DNA from: a virus
Taxonomy: Duplodnaviria > Caudoviricetes
Reading direction: 5' to 3' (one strand)
Virus record (IMG/VR): IMGVR_UViG_3300035501_000578
Coordinates: 1-64,000 of that record
Length of the DNA: 64,000 nucleotides
Shown here: positions 9,752 through 23,000 of the stretch, in pieces
Position numbering within the stretch: the stretch's first letter is position 1
How the letters are laid out: each line of letters begins with the position of its first letter
Position numbers and translations under genes: made by a program
Notes under the pieces: model-generated
Seen by the model: the letters and a program-made list of their open reading frames with translations, nothing else
What the model was told of the DNA's origin: nothing
Databases searched by the model: none

Positions 9752-10414
9752 CTAAATTCTAACAATCGTTACGTTACCGCCTGTTTCTCCACCAGTTTCA
9801 ACAAGCTTATCATTCAAATCCTCAAGAGATACACCACTACCAATACTTTCACCGTTAGCAGTAAGTTCCAAATTACCATCAGAAATTCTAATGTCATCTG
9901 CCTTGCTAATATTTAATTGATTTGCAAGTTCTGAAAGTGCGAGAGTAGTTTTCTTGTTTTCAAGATACATTGCTGCCAAATCAGACAATGCTTCATCAGA
10001 TGTATGAAACCAAGAAGCTAATGGTAAAATCTTTAAAGTAGCAACACTAGGAATTTCCCTTACACGTTCAATTGTATTACCATCATAATCACGCTCAGTA
10101 TACATAAAGTGGAACGACATTTGTACGTCACCAGATTCAGCCGTAATTGCTGTTGTCAATTCTGTGGTAGGGAGAGAGTAAACTAGAAAATCATTCTTGT
10201 AGTTACTATCAGATAAAACTAATGTAATAACACGATGAGTTTTACTAATAGGAAGAACATATTCCATGACTAAATCAAAATCTGCCATATTATAACCATT
10301 GTATGTTTTGTCACATATGAACTGAATTTGGTCAACCATATTAGATTTTTCGGTGACAGGAGATTTAATGCTATGTGTAATAGAATTATCAGCATTAATT
10401 AAATATGTATTCAT
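9752..10414 (-). CDS. BppU-like baseplate-associated protein
   Basis: Beta-sandwich pattern with TAITAESGDVQMSF; translationally coupled to the upstream gene. Confidence 0.45.
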   Translation of the reverse strand: MNTYLINADNSITHSIKSPVTEKSNMVDQIQFICDKTYNGYNMADFDLVMEYVLPISKTHRVITLVLSDSNYKNDFLVYSLPTTELTTAITAESGDVQMSFHFMYTERDYDGNTIERVREIPSVATLKILPLASWFHTSDEALSDLAAMYLENKKTTLALSELANQLNISKADDIRISDGNLELTANGESIGSGVSLEDLNDKLVETGGETGGNVTIVRI

Positions 10415-10557
10415 GATTTTACTTCATCCCCTTTCTTAACTATGTAGTTGTATTCCTCCAATGAAATCCTCATTTCATCACGCATCTTTTCAATTTTAGC
10501 AAGTTCGATTTTCCCTTGTGAGTACATTGCTTTTAATGTCTCAATAAAAGTACTCAT
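10411..10557 (-). CDS. XkdX-like small tail protein (48 aa)
   Basis: Below the track cutoff: MSTFIETLKAMYSQGKI...ISLEEYNYIV; ATGA overlap with the next gene. Confidence 0.6.
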   Translation of the reverse strand: MSTFIETLKAMYSQGKIELAKIEKMRDEMRISLEEYNYIVKKGDEVKS

Positions 10558-10558
10558 A

Positions 10559-10885
10559 TTATAAAATCCCCCTTTCTATCATTTCTGTAATTAATTCCTC
10601 ACGTATGGTATCAACAGATTTAAAATCCCTATCTAGCAGATAGTTGTATTCATTTTCTGTAATTTCTTCCATAGTCACAGTTGGGTATATGTCAGGAATA
10701 GGAAATGGTAAAAGAAAACTGGTATTATAAATCTTCTCATTATCAGACATAACGCCTTGGGCATCTTTAATACCACAACGTATAGGAATTTTGTGAGCAG
10801 TTTGAAATTTAACGTATGTAGGAGAATCTTCATAGTGAAGTAAATCAACGACTTTACAATTTCGAATAAACTTAAAATATTTCAT
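10559..10885 (-). CDS. Hypothetical tail-region protein
   Basis: 108-aa ORF, RBS AGGAGG. Confidence 0.55.
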   Translation of the reverse strand: MKYFKFIRNCKVVDLLHYEDSPTYVKFQTAHKIPIRCGIKDAQGVMSDNEKIYNTSFLLPFPIPDIYPTVTMEEITENEYNYLLDRDFKSVDTIREELITEMIERGIL

Positions 10886-10943
10886 TGATACCTCCTTATA
10901 TAAAAAGTACCGTCAGAAAATCCTAACGGTACTTATAAAAATA

Positions 10944-13900
10944 TTAAATTGAGAACTCTAAGCAAATGCCCTGAGTTCCAGAACTATTCCAACAATCACT
11001 TGTACCAGGTGTATTATAATCTTCATCATCACCGACAATAGCCCACCATGTATATGAATATGCCGGATAAGCAGAACGTGTCATATACCTACCATTTGAA
11101 CCATCTTCAAAAGCACGTAATCTATCAGATGTGGCAAGAATATAATTGATAGTATATTTGCCGTCATCGTCAGGTTCACCAGCTTCAAGGTCGTATGGGT
11201 TTCTTGTAAATGAAGAATCAAGTTCTAGGATAGATGGAAGCGCAATATAAGAATCAGCATATTCTACGGTTGAGTTAGTATCACTACTACCAGAACCACT
11301 ATAACCAGTATTGTAGCCAATCTTACACTGCTTAATTAACTGTCTCCATTCTACAGGGATTGCTTTATAGAATCTGTTTTGTAAGATACTATAATTAGTT
11401 GTCTTACCCCAACCGCCAGCGTTAGAACCTGTATTTACACTCATCTTGTTAGATAATAAGTGTGACATTAAGAACGTAAGAGTACATCTAGCACCAGAGT
11501 TGTCACTTAGATAATACTTTCTTAATCCTGCCATTTCAGCAGTAATTGTTTCCCTAGTCCATAGTGCCATTTGTCTGCAAGCCGTATCTCCAATATCATA
11601 ATCAAATAATCTGGCAGAATAGATAGTACCTTTAGCATAAGAACCGAGAATACCATCATCAGACCTTGTTGCACCAAATATAAGAGTAGCACCATTACTT
11701 ACAGTTGCACGATTAGCACTAAGAGTAGTATAAACAATTTCAGCATTTGGCTGATTACCAAGATATACATGAAGTTTTGTCTCGCCTTTTATATGTCGGA
11801 GAACCAACATATCTCTAGTTCCAACTCCAGAAGTTGACTGACTAGCAGAACCCCAATTGACAGTTCCACCATTATAATATCTCATTCTGAATCCGTCTGT
11901 GCTGATAGATTGGTAACATTGCATTAAAACAGTATTATTAGATGCTTCGCCCCATTTATAATCTACAGCAAGTACCCAACTGGAATCTTCATCAAGTAAG
12001 GAAATACCAGTATCATAGTAATCACCTTTAACACCCGTGAATGTCCTCTGTCCATCTGTGAATAACTCTTTACATGATACATTAGAGTAATTAAATTCTT
12101 CACCCATTGTAAAGGTAATAGAGTCCTTAGAATGAACAGTAGTAGGTAAATCACCAGTGTCTTTATCCTTATTCTTAATCATTGCATAGATTTGAACAGG
12201 TGTCATGTCGCTGATACTCATTTCAGAAATTTCAGCTTCATTATATCTATAAGTATCATAATCTGCTTCTATATCTAAATCACCTGTAACAAATGGGTAA
12301 GTTTTCCAACCTTTAAATAGACTATACACATAAGCTGATTCTTGCTTTGTATATGTAGGAATATCACCATCATACTCGACAGAAGTTCCGTAAGGTGCTT
12401 CCGTTGTCTGTAATACTGTACCGTCATAATTCAAGAATCTAACAGTATAATTATGCACAGATTCATCATATACGGCAGTAATAGTTCTATCAGAACGGAC
12501 ATTAGTTAATGCTAAATCCCATTCCTTGAATGTATAATCCGTTGATATAGTTACACCATCATCAAGATATACAACCATTGTAGGTGTTGGAATAGGATTA
12601 TCTTCTCTAGTAATAGGGTCAACTGCGCTTTGCCCTTCAATAACGTGCTGTACATCTAATTCTTGATGTGTTGGGTCTGGGTCAATACTTGGATTACGAA
12701 ATGTAACTGTATAAGCCTGTAAAACAGCAGAAGCAGGAACATCAATTACTAAGTCTTGCCATGTATTATTGAACTGTTCAATTGTAAATGTATCTGATGC
12801 TGGGATATGAGCTGTACCAGTAATTACTGATTGTGAAGTATCATAACCGGCAGAATCTACACCATACAGTTTCAACAGTTTCTTCAACCATGTATCTTCG
12901 GTTGTCCAATCTACGCTAGTTGCTCTCAATCTGTTTAGATTAGTCGCTTTTGTAATTAAGTCAACACTGTCAATTACAGGACAATTTTCAATTACAAGCT
13001 TGAGAATATTTGTATAATCTGCAATCTCTAAATCAGTTAGATACATCAGATTCTTCATAGTAATTGCACTTATAGAAGCTGGTAAATGTGCAATTTTTGC
13101 ACTTCCTCCACTAGCAAAGGTAACACCAGTGATTCCACTACCTTCAGCATAGAATTCTTCCAAATTGTTACAGTTGGAAAGATTAATAGCCTGTGCAAGA
13201 TTAGGAGTATTTCTAATATCAAGTTTCTTTAACATAGGATTATTGCCAATACCTAAAGTGGTAAGGAATGTATTCTGATAACCTTTTGTTGAATTACCAA
13301 TAATAAGTTCCTGTAGTTTTGTTGCTTTGGAGAAATCATTATCATAGATATAACATGCAGAAATATCATTTAAAGACTGAATTCTTGATGCACCATAGAT
13401 AAGGATAGCAGTATCATTCATTTCAGTTAATGGTGTTGTAAGTTCATACTGAATACCAGCTTTCGCACGAACCTGTGTAGCACTTGGAGAGTTACCATAT
13501 AATACAGATATATACATATCTTGATATGGAACGATTCTAAGAGTGTAATTTGGCTTTACAACAACATTTGATGGAGTGTTACATCTAAACATAATTTGCT
13601 CAGAAGTAACACTCGTATGAAGGAATTTGGTAGCCATGTAGAATGCCTGGTCACGTTCCCATTGTCTACGCTGATATTTCTTTCTACCATTCATCATTTC
13701 AGTTAGGAAACGTGTTGTACCTGCTCTATATGTACGAAGATACTTACGTTCAATATCTAATCGCCAAACTTCTTCTGGGAACTGATTCTGCCAATTATCA
13801 AACTCGTTAATAAGGTGTTCAGCATTCCAACAGTTCGCAGAAATACTTTGATACATACTTCTTAATTCTGTATGCATCAAATCACGTATACGACACCAGA

Positions 13901-16900
13901 AAACACTTTCAGCAGCATTGAATACATAACCAGAACTTGCATCCCCATCTGTTCTGTAATCCGTATCCTCTTTACCATAACTAAGAGAAAGCATTCCTGA
14001 GTTGTTACAATTCTGTTGCTTTTATGACCTATAATATATTTTATAGGCGGGAATGGTACTTCCAAAAGTGTCTTTACACTTGACCATTCCTCTGCGATTT
14101 CATTTTTTAGATTATAGTCGCAGTTCAGACTATTACATCGTTTATCCAACCATAAACGTCTCTCCGTTTAGTCGTTGTTCCTCTATATATTCATTTTTAT
14201 ATTTTAAATTAAATTTACAATTATTAGTTTTATGCAAACAAATTCTACTAACTTCTTGTGGTAATATACCTAATTTAAGACCTGCATTATTAACAGAGTA
14301 AAATTCTTCCATTATATTTCCATTATTATCTAATAATAAAACAGGTTTTGTTCCTTTACCCCTGTCTTTTATTTGTGGAATTCTGCTGTAATTTATATCT
14401 TTAGAATAATCATCTTTTAATACCCATACGTATTTTCCAGCAGTTTTACATTTTCCTTTGCAAGCTAAAGAAATAGAAGATAAATCTACATTTAAAGACT
14501 TAGATGCCTCTGTAATACTATCCCAAAGTTTAATTACATTACCATCTAAACCAATTTGATATACTGGTTTACTATTTGGACAATCTTTTCCTTTTGGTCT
14601 TTTTGTACCACTAAAACTGTCTCCGCCATAAGACATATTATATCCATTTTTATAACTATCGAATTTTTTAATATAATATATTTCTTTATCATTAAGTTCT
14701 TGCATTGTATCAGCGGTATCATAAACTTCATCAACTACAAACGCATCTAAACCACATTTTTCTATTGAGCGAAGCAAATGTTTATTATATCTTTCACCAC
14801 AATCTCTTTTACATTTTAAATAATTATAAACTCTTTCAATTCCATTACCTTTATACAAATATCTACCGTTAAAACCTTTTGGATGGGTAGTTTGACCTAT
14901 ATAAACACAATGAGTGATTAGGTTTTCAATTTTATAAATAATTCCAAAATATTGTTTATTATCTATCTCAATCATATTTTACCTCCTTTCTGTAAAAATA
15001 CACAAAAAAAGAACCCGCAATTATTTATAAGGGGTTCCAAATGAATATATAGTTGGAAGGCGTTGCCCATCTCTGGGTTTTCGCCGTATATTAGGAGAGA
15101 TTTTTTATACTTGGCACTAACACTTTATGCCAAGTGCTGTCTTTTCTGTTACTTTTGTGACCTGTTTATAAACAGGCGGAGAGGGTTCTTCTTTAAAGTG
15201 TCTTTACACTTGACCCTCTCTCTGCAATTTCATTATTAGATTATTGTTGCAGTTCAGACTGTTGCATACTTTGTCAAGCCGTCTCAACAAAGTCTTTTTC
15301 GCTCAGTCGTTGAAGGCGACTATGTTTATAGCCTTCCTCGGCATTGTCCATCTCTGGAGTTTTGCCGTATATTAGAAAAAGTTTTACAACGACACAGCAT
15401 TTTTATCGTTGTCATAATCCCATAAATCAAAACGATACTTTCCGTCAGAACATTTTGCATAATGCCAGAACAGATTTTTGGCTCTGTTGTCTATCATAGT
15501 GTATCTTAAAGTAAACAGATACCAATACAAAATAGATTCCTTTACGCACCAATCACTAAGCTCATTTACAAATTCTTCGTCTGTAGAAGTAATAACCCAT
15601 TCGTAGAAGTCTCTCCAAATCTGGCGGTTATTCTGACGAATGGTTGTTTTAGCTTCATCGGAAGAAATTGCATCTCCATCCTTTGAATCACCACAACAGT
15701 CATATCTAAATTCAAAAGAATCGTCCCAGTTATTATACAAAGCATCGTATTTTTCATTACCAGTTTTCCATTGGTCTTTTGAAATTGGATATACTATATT
15801 ACCAGATTCATCATAAACACCAGTAGAAAATGTAGAGTTAGGAAGAGTATTATCACTTACTTCAATACAGAACTCATTCATATCATCTGGGTCATATGCT
15901 CTTGTAAGGTCGGTTTTCTTTGAGTCACCAATGTTGCCCAAACTATAGAAATGCCATTCTGTATCATTAAATTCCCTATGAGTAGTTAAATCTGAATCAC
16001 TTTCTTTTATAAAGATGATACAGTTCACAAACTCCATATCATTTTTAATTCTGGAATCTCTTGTCTGAGCGAGAGAAGTATACGGTATATAATCATTGTA
16101 TCTCTTTTGGAGTAATGCGTTATTTGCATTCTCAGAAGATGCAACGTTTGTTTTAATATTGAACCAATTATTAGGTACAGATGTACTTGTTAATTGAACT
16201 TTTCCAGAGCCATCCGTTACTTTTGTACCATCACCTAATGTTAATTCAGTAATATATGATTCATCGAGTGGAATTTTACTTGTTACTTGATGTTTGCCAT
16301 CAAAACCAAATATAATATCTATATTTCTTGAAGCAAAACCATATTCATTAGAAGTAGTGCCTTGTCCGGCATGAAATCCGTTCTTAAATACCCAGTTATC
16401 CCTAACTGGATCACCACCAGTATGAATACATTCCACGTTTGTATTCTTTACATAATCCTTCTTGTCATTTGTAAAGTGTGGGCATTCAATCTTAATAATC
16501 TTCAAGTCAGGACAAGCCTTTGCAACGCTCTCAGGTGTAAGATTATTATTCTCATCGTAAATCTGATTACGATTATATCTAGCAATCATTTCCTCCGCAC
16601 TACGGGCATCTGCAATAAAGTTATTTAAAATACCTGTATCTGTTAGAGAAGAAGAGTATGCTTTCATTCGATAAATAGCTACATCACAGTCCTCAGAACC
16701 AATCGTAATATATTGTGGGGTATTCTGTGTAAAGCTATGAGAGTCCGTATATATCATAGGTCTTGTAGCAACACCATCTTCATATCCCATAACCATAGGA
16801 ATATCTGTGTCCTTGTTTATATTAAACTCGAACTCAATAATATCTTCCTCTGAATATGGCAAATACAAACTTCCAGCACTTCCATATACATATGCTTCAT

Positions 16901-19505
16901 GGACATTCATCTGCAAACCAATTTGTGAACTTCCTGTACTATCCATACATTGTAAGAATGTAGCACTAGCCTTTCTAACATTACTTGTTTTATATACAAG
17001 TTTGAATTCCTTACCATTTTTCTTAGCATCATCAGAGAATAACTGATAATTGATAATAGCAGTAGTACCGGCTTTAATGCCGAAATACTGGTCGCCATTT
17101 TCATCAATCTGATATCCACCATTTACCCAGTCAAAGTTATCAGATACGGTCATCGCAATATCACCATCAGACCATAATCTATTCTCGTCATTATTTGATT
17201 TTCCATTAGGATTAAAGTCGAAAGCAAGATTAGCTGTAACAGGAGATACATCTATATCAAGTTCTTCAATATTAACAGTGATTGTCTTTACAACATCACG
17301 ACAAGTAATTGTTAAGATATGTGTTCCAACATCAGAAGTCTTATAAGCCCATGTATTAGAATTAGATGTAAGAGTAAGATTAGATATTACATTTCCATCA
17401 ACAGCCAAAGTAACTTTTGGAGTTTCTGTATTTGGGTCATATACGACATAGGTAATATTAGTTGTATTGTACTGCATGGAATCAATATTAATTTGACTAC
17501 AACCGATTATTGGAATATCAGACGTTTCATCATACCAAATAATATCTTTGAATATATGGTCTGTTTCAATAGTTACTCCATTTACAGTAGCAGTAATATA
17601 TGTTTCAAGTAAATGTGAGCCATGTTCTTGTACTGGAAGAGTATAGGACATTGGAATACCAGACGATGAAGTAGTTACGGAATCTAATTCAACACCATCT
17701 AAGATAAAATGAACTACCTTAGAGATAGAACCATATGGTGTGTATGTAAAACTAATCGGTGCAATCGGATAAGTAAATGTATCATTAAAAGATGACTCTA
17801 AACGAACATCTACCATCTGTACTGTCCAAGTACGAGTAGCAGTAGTACCATTATCATCAGTAATAGATAATAAAACTTTCTGAGTTCCTAATGAAACAAA
17901 ATCACTGATATCAAATTCATTATCTGTATCAGAAGAAATTGTCTGTGTTCCAACAACAGTATTTCCAACTTTCCAAGTAGCAGTACCACCAATACCAATG
18001 TTAGATGAGTCAACAGAAGTATAATGATATTTCAATACAACATTGCCACCATATAAAGCAGTAACAGGAGTTGTTGTGATATACTTTATTGTCATAGTAG
18101 AAGAGGACTGACCACTTCCACCACTGCCTCCTAGTATTTTAAAGCTACTTACCTCTACAGGGTTTTCAGTATCATCACCAGTTACTTCCCATAAGCTGAA
18201 TTTATATTTATCATCTTCACTTGCATCATCAGATGTATTATAAGTTGCATAGTATGTCTTTATCTCATCAGAATTTCCCTCACCAATCTTATCAGATAAT
18301 TCGCTGATTGCAGTTCCAAGTGTACCAATATCTTCTTTATTAGAATTAGCAGTAGCTTTGACTTCGTTAATAGAAGAATTTATACCAGAAACAGCAGTAG
18401 AAATTTTAGAATCTACTTCATCCTTACTATAGACTTTATCACTTACATCTATATTTTCGACAGAAGCTTCTAATTCTGTAAATTTATCAGTAACAGTTTC
18501 TTTATATGAGGATAAATCATTAGAGACAGTATCTATATTAGTCTGTATTTCAGATTTTATACTATCTGCAAAAGCAGTAGACCATTCAGAAGTAGGGTTT
18601 AAAATTAATGGAATTTTAATTTCTTCGCCATTTTTAAAATACAATGTTTGGGATATTATAGTCATTGTATCTTCATTTACTTCAACTGATATGTCTTTTA
18701 AACCATTTATATCATCTATTGCATCATATACTGGTTGTAAATCTATATTTTTTAGTAAATCATCAACTTCTTCTTTGGTATAGTAATCAGATAATTTATC
18801 AGCAATAGCAGTATCAACACTTTCCTGTAATTCTGTCTTTGCGTCCCCTACAACAGTTTTGGCTTGTGCAGAAGCTTCTTGCGCTTCTTTAGCTGCTGTC
18901 TGTGCTTCAATAACTTTCTTAGTAATGATATTAGTATAACTTTCCCAACCATCACCAGGTTCGATTGTTCCATTTCCAGATAATGATTCAAGAATATTTA
19001 TTTCACTATTCGGTCTTGTCCTCCATACATATTCACCGGCAGAAGTAGATCCGGTAGCAATAATTTCAAATTTTAAAATACCTTTAACGGCAGTCACATA
19101 TTCATTTATTAAGAAATGGAAACGAATTTGTGTTGAACTGTATGATACGTTAACTGCTGGTAACTTATATTCTTTGTTATCTGCATTAACTATATGAAAC
19201 TCCAGTGTTGCAGCGTTGGCAATATCAATTCCATCACTATATCTTGACATTAAAAAACTGATAATCTGTGAGTTCTTTTCCTGTGTGAGATTTATCTGTT
19301 CTTTATTAACAGATACATTTTTTAAAGAATCGACAACAGAATATGCCTTATCATCTACATATTCCTCATACCATGTATATTTGTCATCAGCACGAACCCA
19401 TTGTTCATCAACTGCTACATCATCACTTTGAACGGATATAGCACTTGTAGCAGATGTAGTAGTAGAATTACTTTGAGAAGCGATAGACTCTTGAAATGTA
19501 GCCAT
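10944..19505 (-). CDS. Large multidomain tail protein, 2392 aa after splicing; join(19505-15405,15140-15127,14007-10944)
   Basis: Removing two group I introns gives ...WDYDND|TALGI|[11 protein letters not shown] in frame (4101+14+3064=7179 nt); BppU-like N-terminus, CotH-kinase-like region (IDNRAKN...WDYDNDT), leucine-rich repeats, InlB-B-like repeats, LamG-like region. Confidence 0.85.
14008..15126 (-). mobile_element. Group I intron (1119 nt) carrying a GIY-YIG endonuclease
   Basis: P1 CTTGGCAT/GTGCCAAG with U.G at the splice site, P10 TGTTA/TAACA, core CAACGACTAA and TAATAGTCT, terminal G. Confidence 0.9.
14142..14975 (-). CDS. Intron-encoded GIY-YIG endonuclease with NUMOD1-like domains
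   Basis: GIIYKI...[31 protein letters not shown]; 3' end overlaps intron P7. Confidence 0.9.
   Translation of the reverse strand: MIEIDNKQYFGIIYKIENLITHCVYIGQTTHPKGFNGRYLYKGNGIERVYNYLKCKRDCGERYNKHLLRSIEKCGLDAFVVDEVYDTADTMQELNDKEIYYIKKFDSYKNGYNMSYGGDSFSGTKRPKGKDCPNSKPVYQIGLDGNVIKLWDSITEASKSLNVDLSSISLACKGKCKTAGKYVWVLKDDYSKDINYSRIPQIKDRGKGTKPVLLLDNNGNIMEEFYSVNNAGLKLGILPQEVSRICLHKTNNCKFNLKYKNEYIEEQRLNGETFMVG
15141..15404 (-). mobile_element. Group I intron (264 nt, no ORF)
   Basis: P1 CAACGAT/GTCGTTG, P10 TGCTGT/ACAGCA, core TTCAACGACTGA and CAACAGTCT, terminal G. Confidence 0.9.
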
Positions 19506-19523
19506 TTTTAATTACTCCTCCTT

Positions 19524-20018
19524 TCAATTTTTATTATTTATAAGTTCCTTTAATTCTTCAACCGTTTGAGATAATTCTGAAATTTTCTTTTCGTTCTCTT
19601 CTTCTTTCAGAATTAATTTATTCAGTAAAGAATAATTGTTTTTTTCAAATTCATCATTGTTTAATGGATTTTTTTGGACAGAAAGAGTGAATGGAATTGT
19701 AGATAGAATCGTAGATTCATCTAAATCATAAAGTACAATTTTAAGTTTACATATTCCAGAATAATATAATAAATCTTCATCTAATATTACTGTAACAACA
19801 TTATCAGAATATGTACAGTCTTTAACGATTGAAGATTTATCACCCCTTTGTCCTTCCAATTTAATTTTTATACCATCAGGTATACTGTATAACTCTCCTT
19901 GGTTATACAAAATAAACTCAACAGAACGTGAATTTTTATCACCTTGTTGAGCCTTAATTACTTCGTAAAAAGTAGGAGAGTATAAATCTATAGATATTTG
20001 TTTAATAACTGTGTCCAA
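19524..20018 (-). CDS. BppU-family baseplate upper protein N-terminal domain protein
   Basis: AQQGDKNSRSVEFILY motif. Confidence 0.75.
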   Translation of the reverse strand: MDTVIKQISIDLYSPTFYEVIKAQQGDKNSRSVEFILYNQGELYSIPDGIKIKLEGQRGDKSSIVKDCTYSDNVVTVILDEDLLYYSGICKLKIVLYDLDESTILSTIPFTLSVQKNPLNNDEFEKNNYSLLNKLILKEEENEKKISELSQTVEELKELINNKN

Positions 20019-20045
20019 TGTTATATCTCCTTTAACAATTATTTG

Positions 20046-23000
20046 TTATGAAATTTTTGACAATAGAAAAGATACCTGTTCTTTTAGGGTATCTATTTCT
20101 GTCTGCTGTTGTTCTATTGTTACTTGTTGTTCGTCTACCTTTTTATATAGCTTTTGAATCATATGGGTATTCCAAGAAGTAAATTCTGTATAAATTAATC
20201 CCATAGGATCATCTATACCACAATAATCTTCATCGTCTGTACTATCTGACATTTGTACGAATCCACCAAAATCTTGAGTAGTATAACCATTATTTTCTAA
20301 CGCTTCTTTTACGTCTTGTGCTTTAAAACCAAAATGGTATCTCCCAGAAGTACCATTATTATATTTAAATCTTATTGCTTGTAAACCCATAAAGACATCA
20401 TCAAAATTATCTAATGACTCGAAAGAATTTTTTAAACGTTCATCTGAAAGAGTAGTATACCCAGAACTATTATAATGTGTAACAGTCTCTCCTCTCAGCA
20501 CACAATAGTTTAAATTTTTATCACCCACACGGCATCTTGTTTTTTTATCATCATCAATACCATATTCGAGAATTGATATATCATTTGCATAATATTTTTG
20601 ATTTGAATATATGTTCCCTCCTGCCTCAATATTACCTTTTGATTCAATTTTCCCTGTTGAATATATGTTCCCTCCTGCCTCAATATTACAATCAGTGCTG
20701 AACTTATCAGAACGAACATAACAAGACCTTTCTTGAGACATATCTTTAAACCCAATATAATTTAAAGGACTATTATATCCATTATCTGATAACCTGCCAA
20801 ATTTATAGTTTGAATCTGAAGAATCATCTAGCGAGCGTGTAATTATTTTTACGTCTTCTTCTAAATCATCATCATAAATATAATATGCTTTATAAGCCTT
20901 TATTGTTGTAGCTTTTATAGTTCCTTCAATGTTACAATTGGTTGCTGTTAATTGTCCTTTTTTAGTAACTCTAAATGGACAATCATCATAACTAGTATGA
21001 GATGTACCACCCGCAGCAAAAACATATGTAGTACCAGACGTTGGTTTTTGCATAACAGCAACACCTGTATCAGTATCTCCACTATATATTTTTAAATCAC
21101 TTATATTCCAACCACCAATAGTACCACTAGTTGCAGTTATTTTTCCTGATATATCAGCATCTGTAGATTTTAATTTGCCAGTTCTATCAATAGTAAACAT
21201 AGTCGTTCCTGATGAATTTTGCGCATGAATAAATGGTTTATCACTTTCATTTATTAACAATAAGCCAGCTTCTTTTGAGCCTATAGATATAGATTTAGAA
21301 GAACAAATTCTATTATTATTGATATACCAATTACCTAATGAACCACTTGTAGCTGAAATGTTACCTATGATTGATAGATTGGTTTTATCCCATTTTATTT
21401 TTTCTCCTGCAAAACTAAAACTACCATCAGTCAAGTCAAGGATACTTCCTGTTTTATCAGTTTCAGAATAATTGGCAGATTGAATAACTCCATTAGTTAT
21501 TGTAATCCCATCACCAGTGATTTGAACATTTCCATTTTTGTTACCTATATACATTTGTTTTCCAACAATCAATTCGCCTATCAAAGCTGGAGCTAAAACA
21601 CCATATTTCCAAGACTTTTCACCAGTAATAGGGTCAGTATATAATAATTCTCCAAAAGCAGCCGAGGTACTTTTCCAATTATCAGTGGTAAAACCAAGAA
21701 TATTATTGCACAATCTAAATTGTTTAGGACTATAATATCCTTCATCCATCTGTTTTCTGCATATAAGACCAGCAGTGGTCAATGTTACTTCTTGATCTGT
21801 ATTATTTGTGAGCATAATGTTAGCAGTATTTAAACCATTATTGTATAAGTCATCAAATGTACTATGTGCCGCATCGCCTTTTTTAGCCTGTAAAGTAGTG
21901 GAAGAGTAGCTTGTAGCCATACTACTTGCTTGTTGTAAAAGGCTCGTCAAATCACTCGTAGTTCCATCAACTGATTCAATTTGTTCAGAAAATGTAACAT
22001 TAATACTTTCTATAGAATCGCCACTAAAATCAACACCAATAAGTCTTAGCTTTAATATTTCATCATCAGTACGAACTCTTATGTAATTAAATAATGCAAA
22101 CTTATCATAGAATGGTTCAAACTCAGGAAGAGCAAATAGATTGTTCAGATTAGTAGAGATAGTACGTTGCAATACACATGCTTTCTTTGCTTCTTTTGTT
22201 GCAACTTCAACCAATTCTTTAGCTTTAGCAAGACATTCAGAAGTAGATAAGCCATCTGAAATATAATTATCATTTTTATACGAATCTTCTCTACGGTATG
22301 CACAAAATTCTTTATATAAACTTCCTTCTTCTAAGTTGTTAGCAACATCTAAATTATTTAAAAATGTTTGGAAATCATATTTTTCTTGAAAAGCTTTTTG
22401 TTCTTTTGAAAGAGCATCAATTTCATCATTAATAGAATCTACCTGTGCTTGTCTTTTTTCTTGTATTTCCGTAACGATTGAATAATAATTTTGATATTGA
22501 CTATATAATTCTTTTTTAACATCAGAAGAATCATCTATTGACATCAACGTACTTAAACATGTATTGTACCCCTCTGCAAAAGCATCCAAACGGCTTAAAC
22601 TATATAGGTCAAAATAATCTCTGATTTCATCATCAGACATTTCAGCAACATTAAAATCCACTTCCGTCATATCAGCTTTAGCTAATGCTTTTTGAATTTT
22701 CTGTTTCTCATATGTCAATTCATCATCATTAACTGTTACATTAAATGTTTGATTCTTTTCGTCATCAGTTCTAGGATAATATTCTGTTTCGTCAGATGTT
22801 CTTGTAATTAAAATATTACCCTTCCATGTACCATATGTTTTATCTGAAGATAGTGTAAAAGAAGTAGTCCCATCTATGACTTCTATTTCATACCTTGAAT
22901 CTAACAAGACTTCTGCTATTGCAATTACATTATTGGTGACTGCCGTAAAATACTTATTATCATAATTAGACATTGAAGATACACCGATTGTCATTGATTT

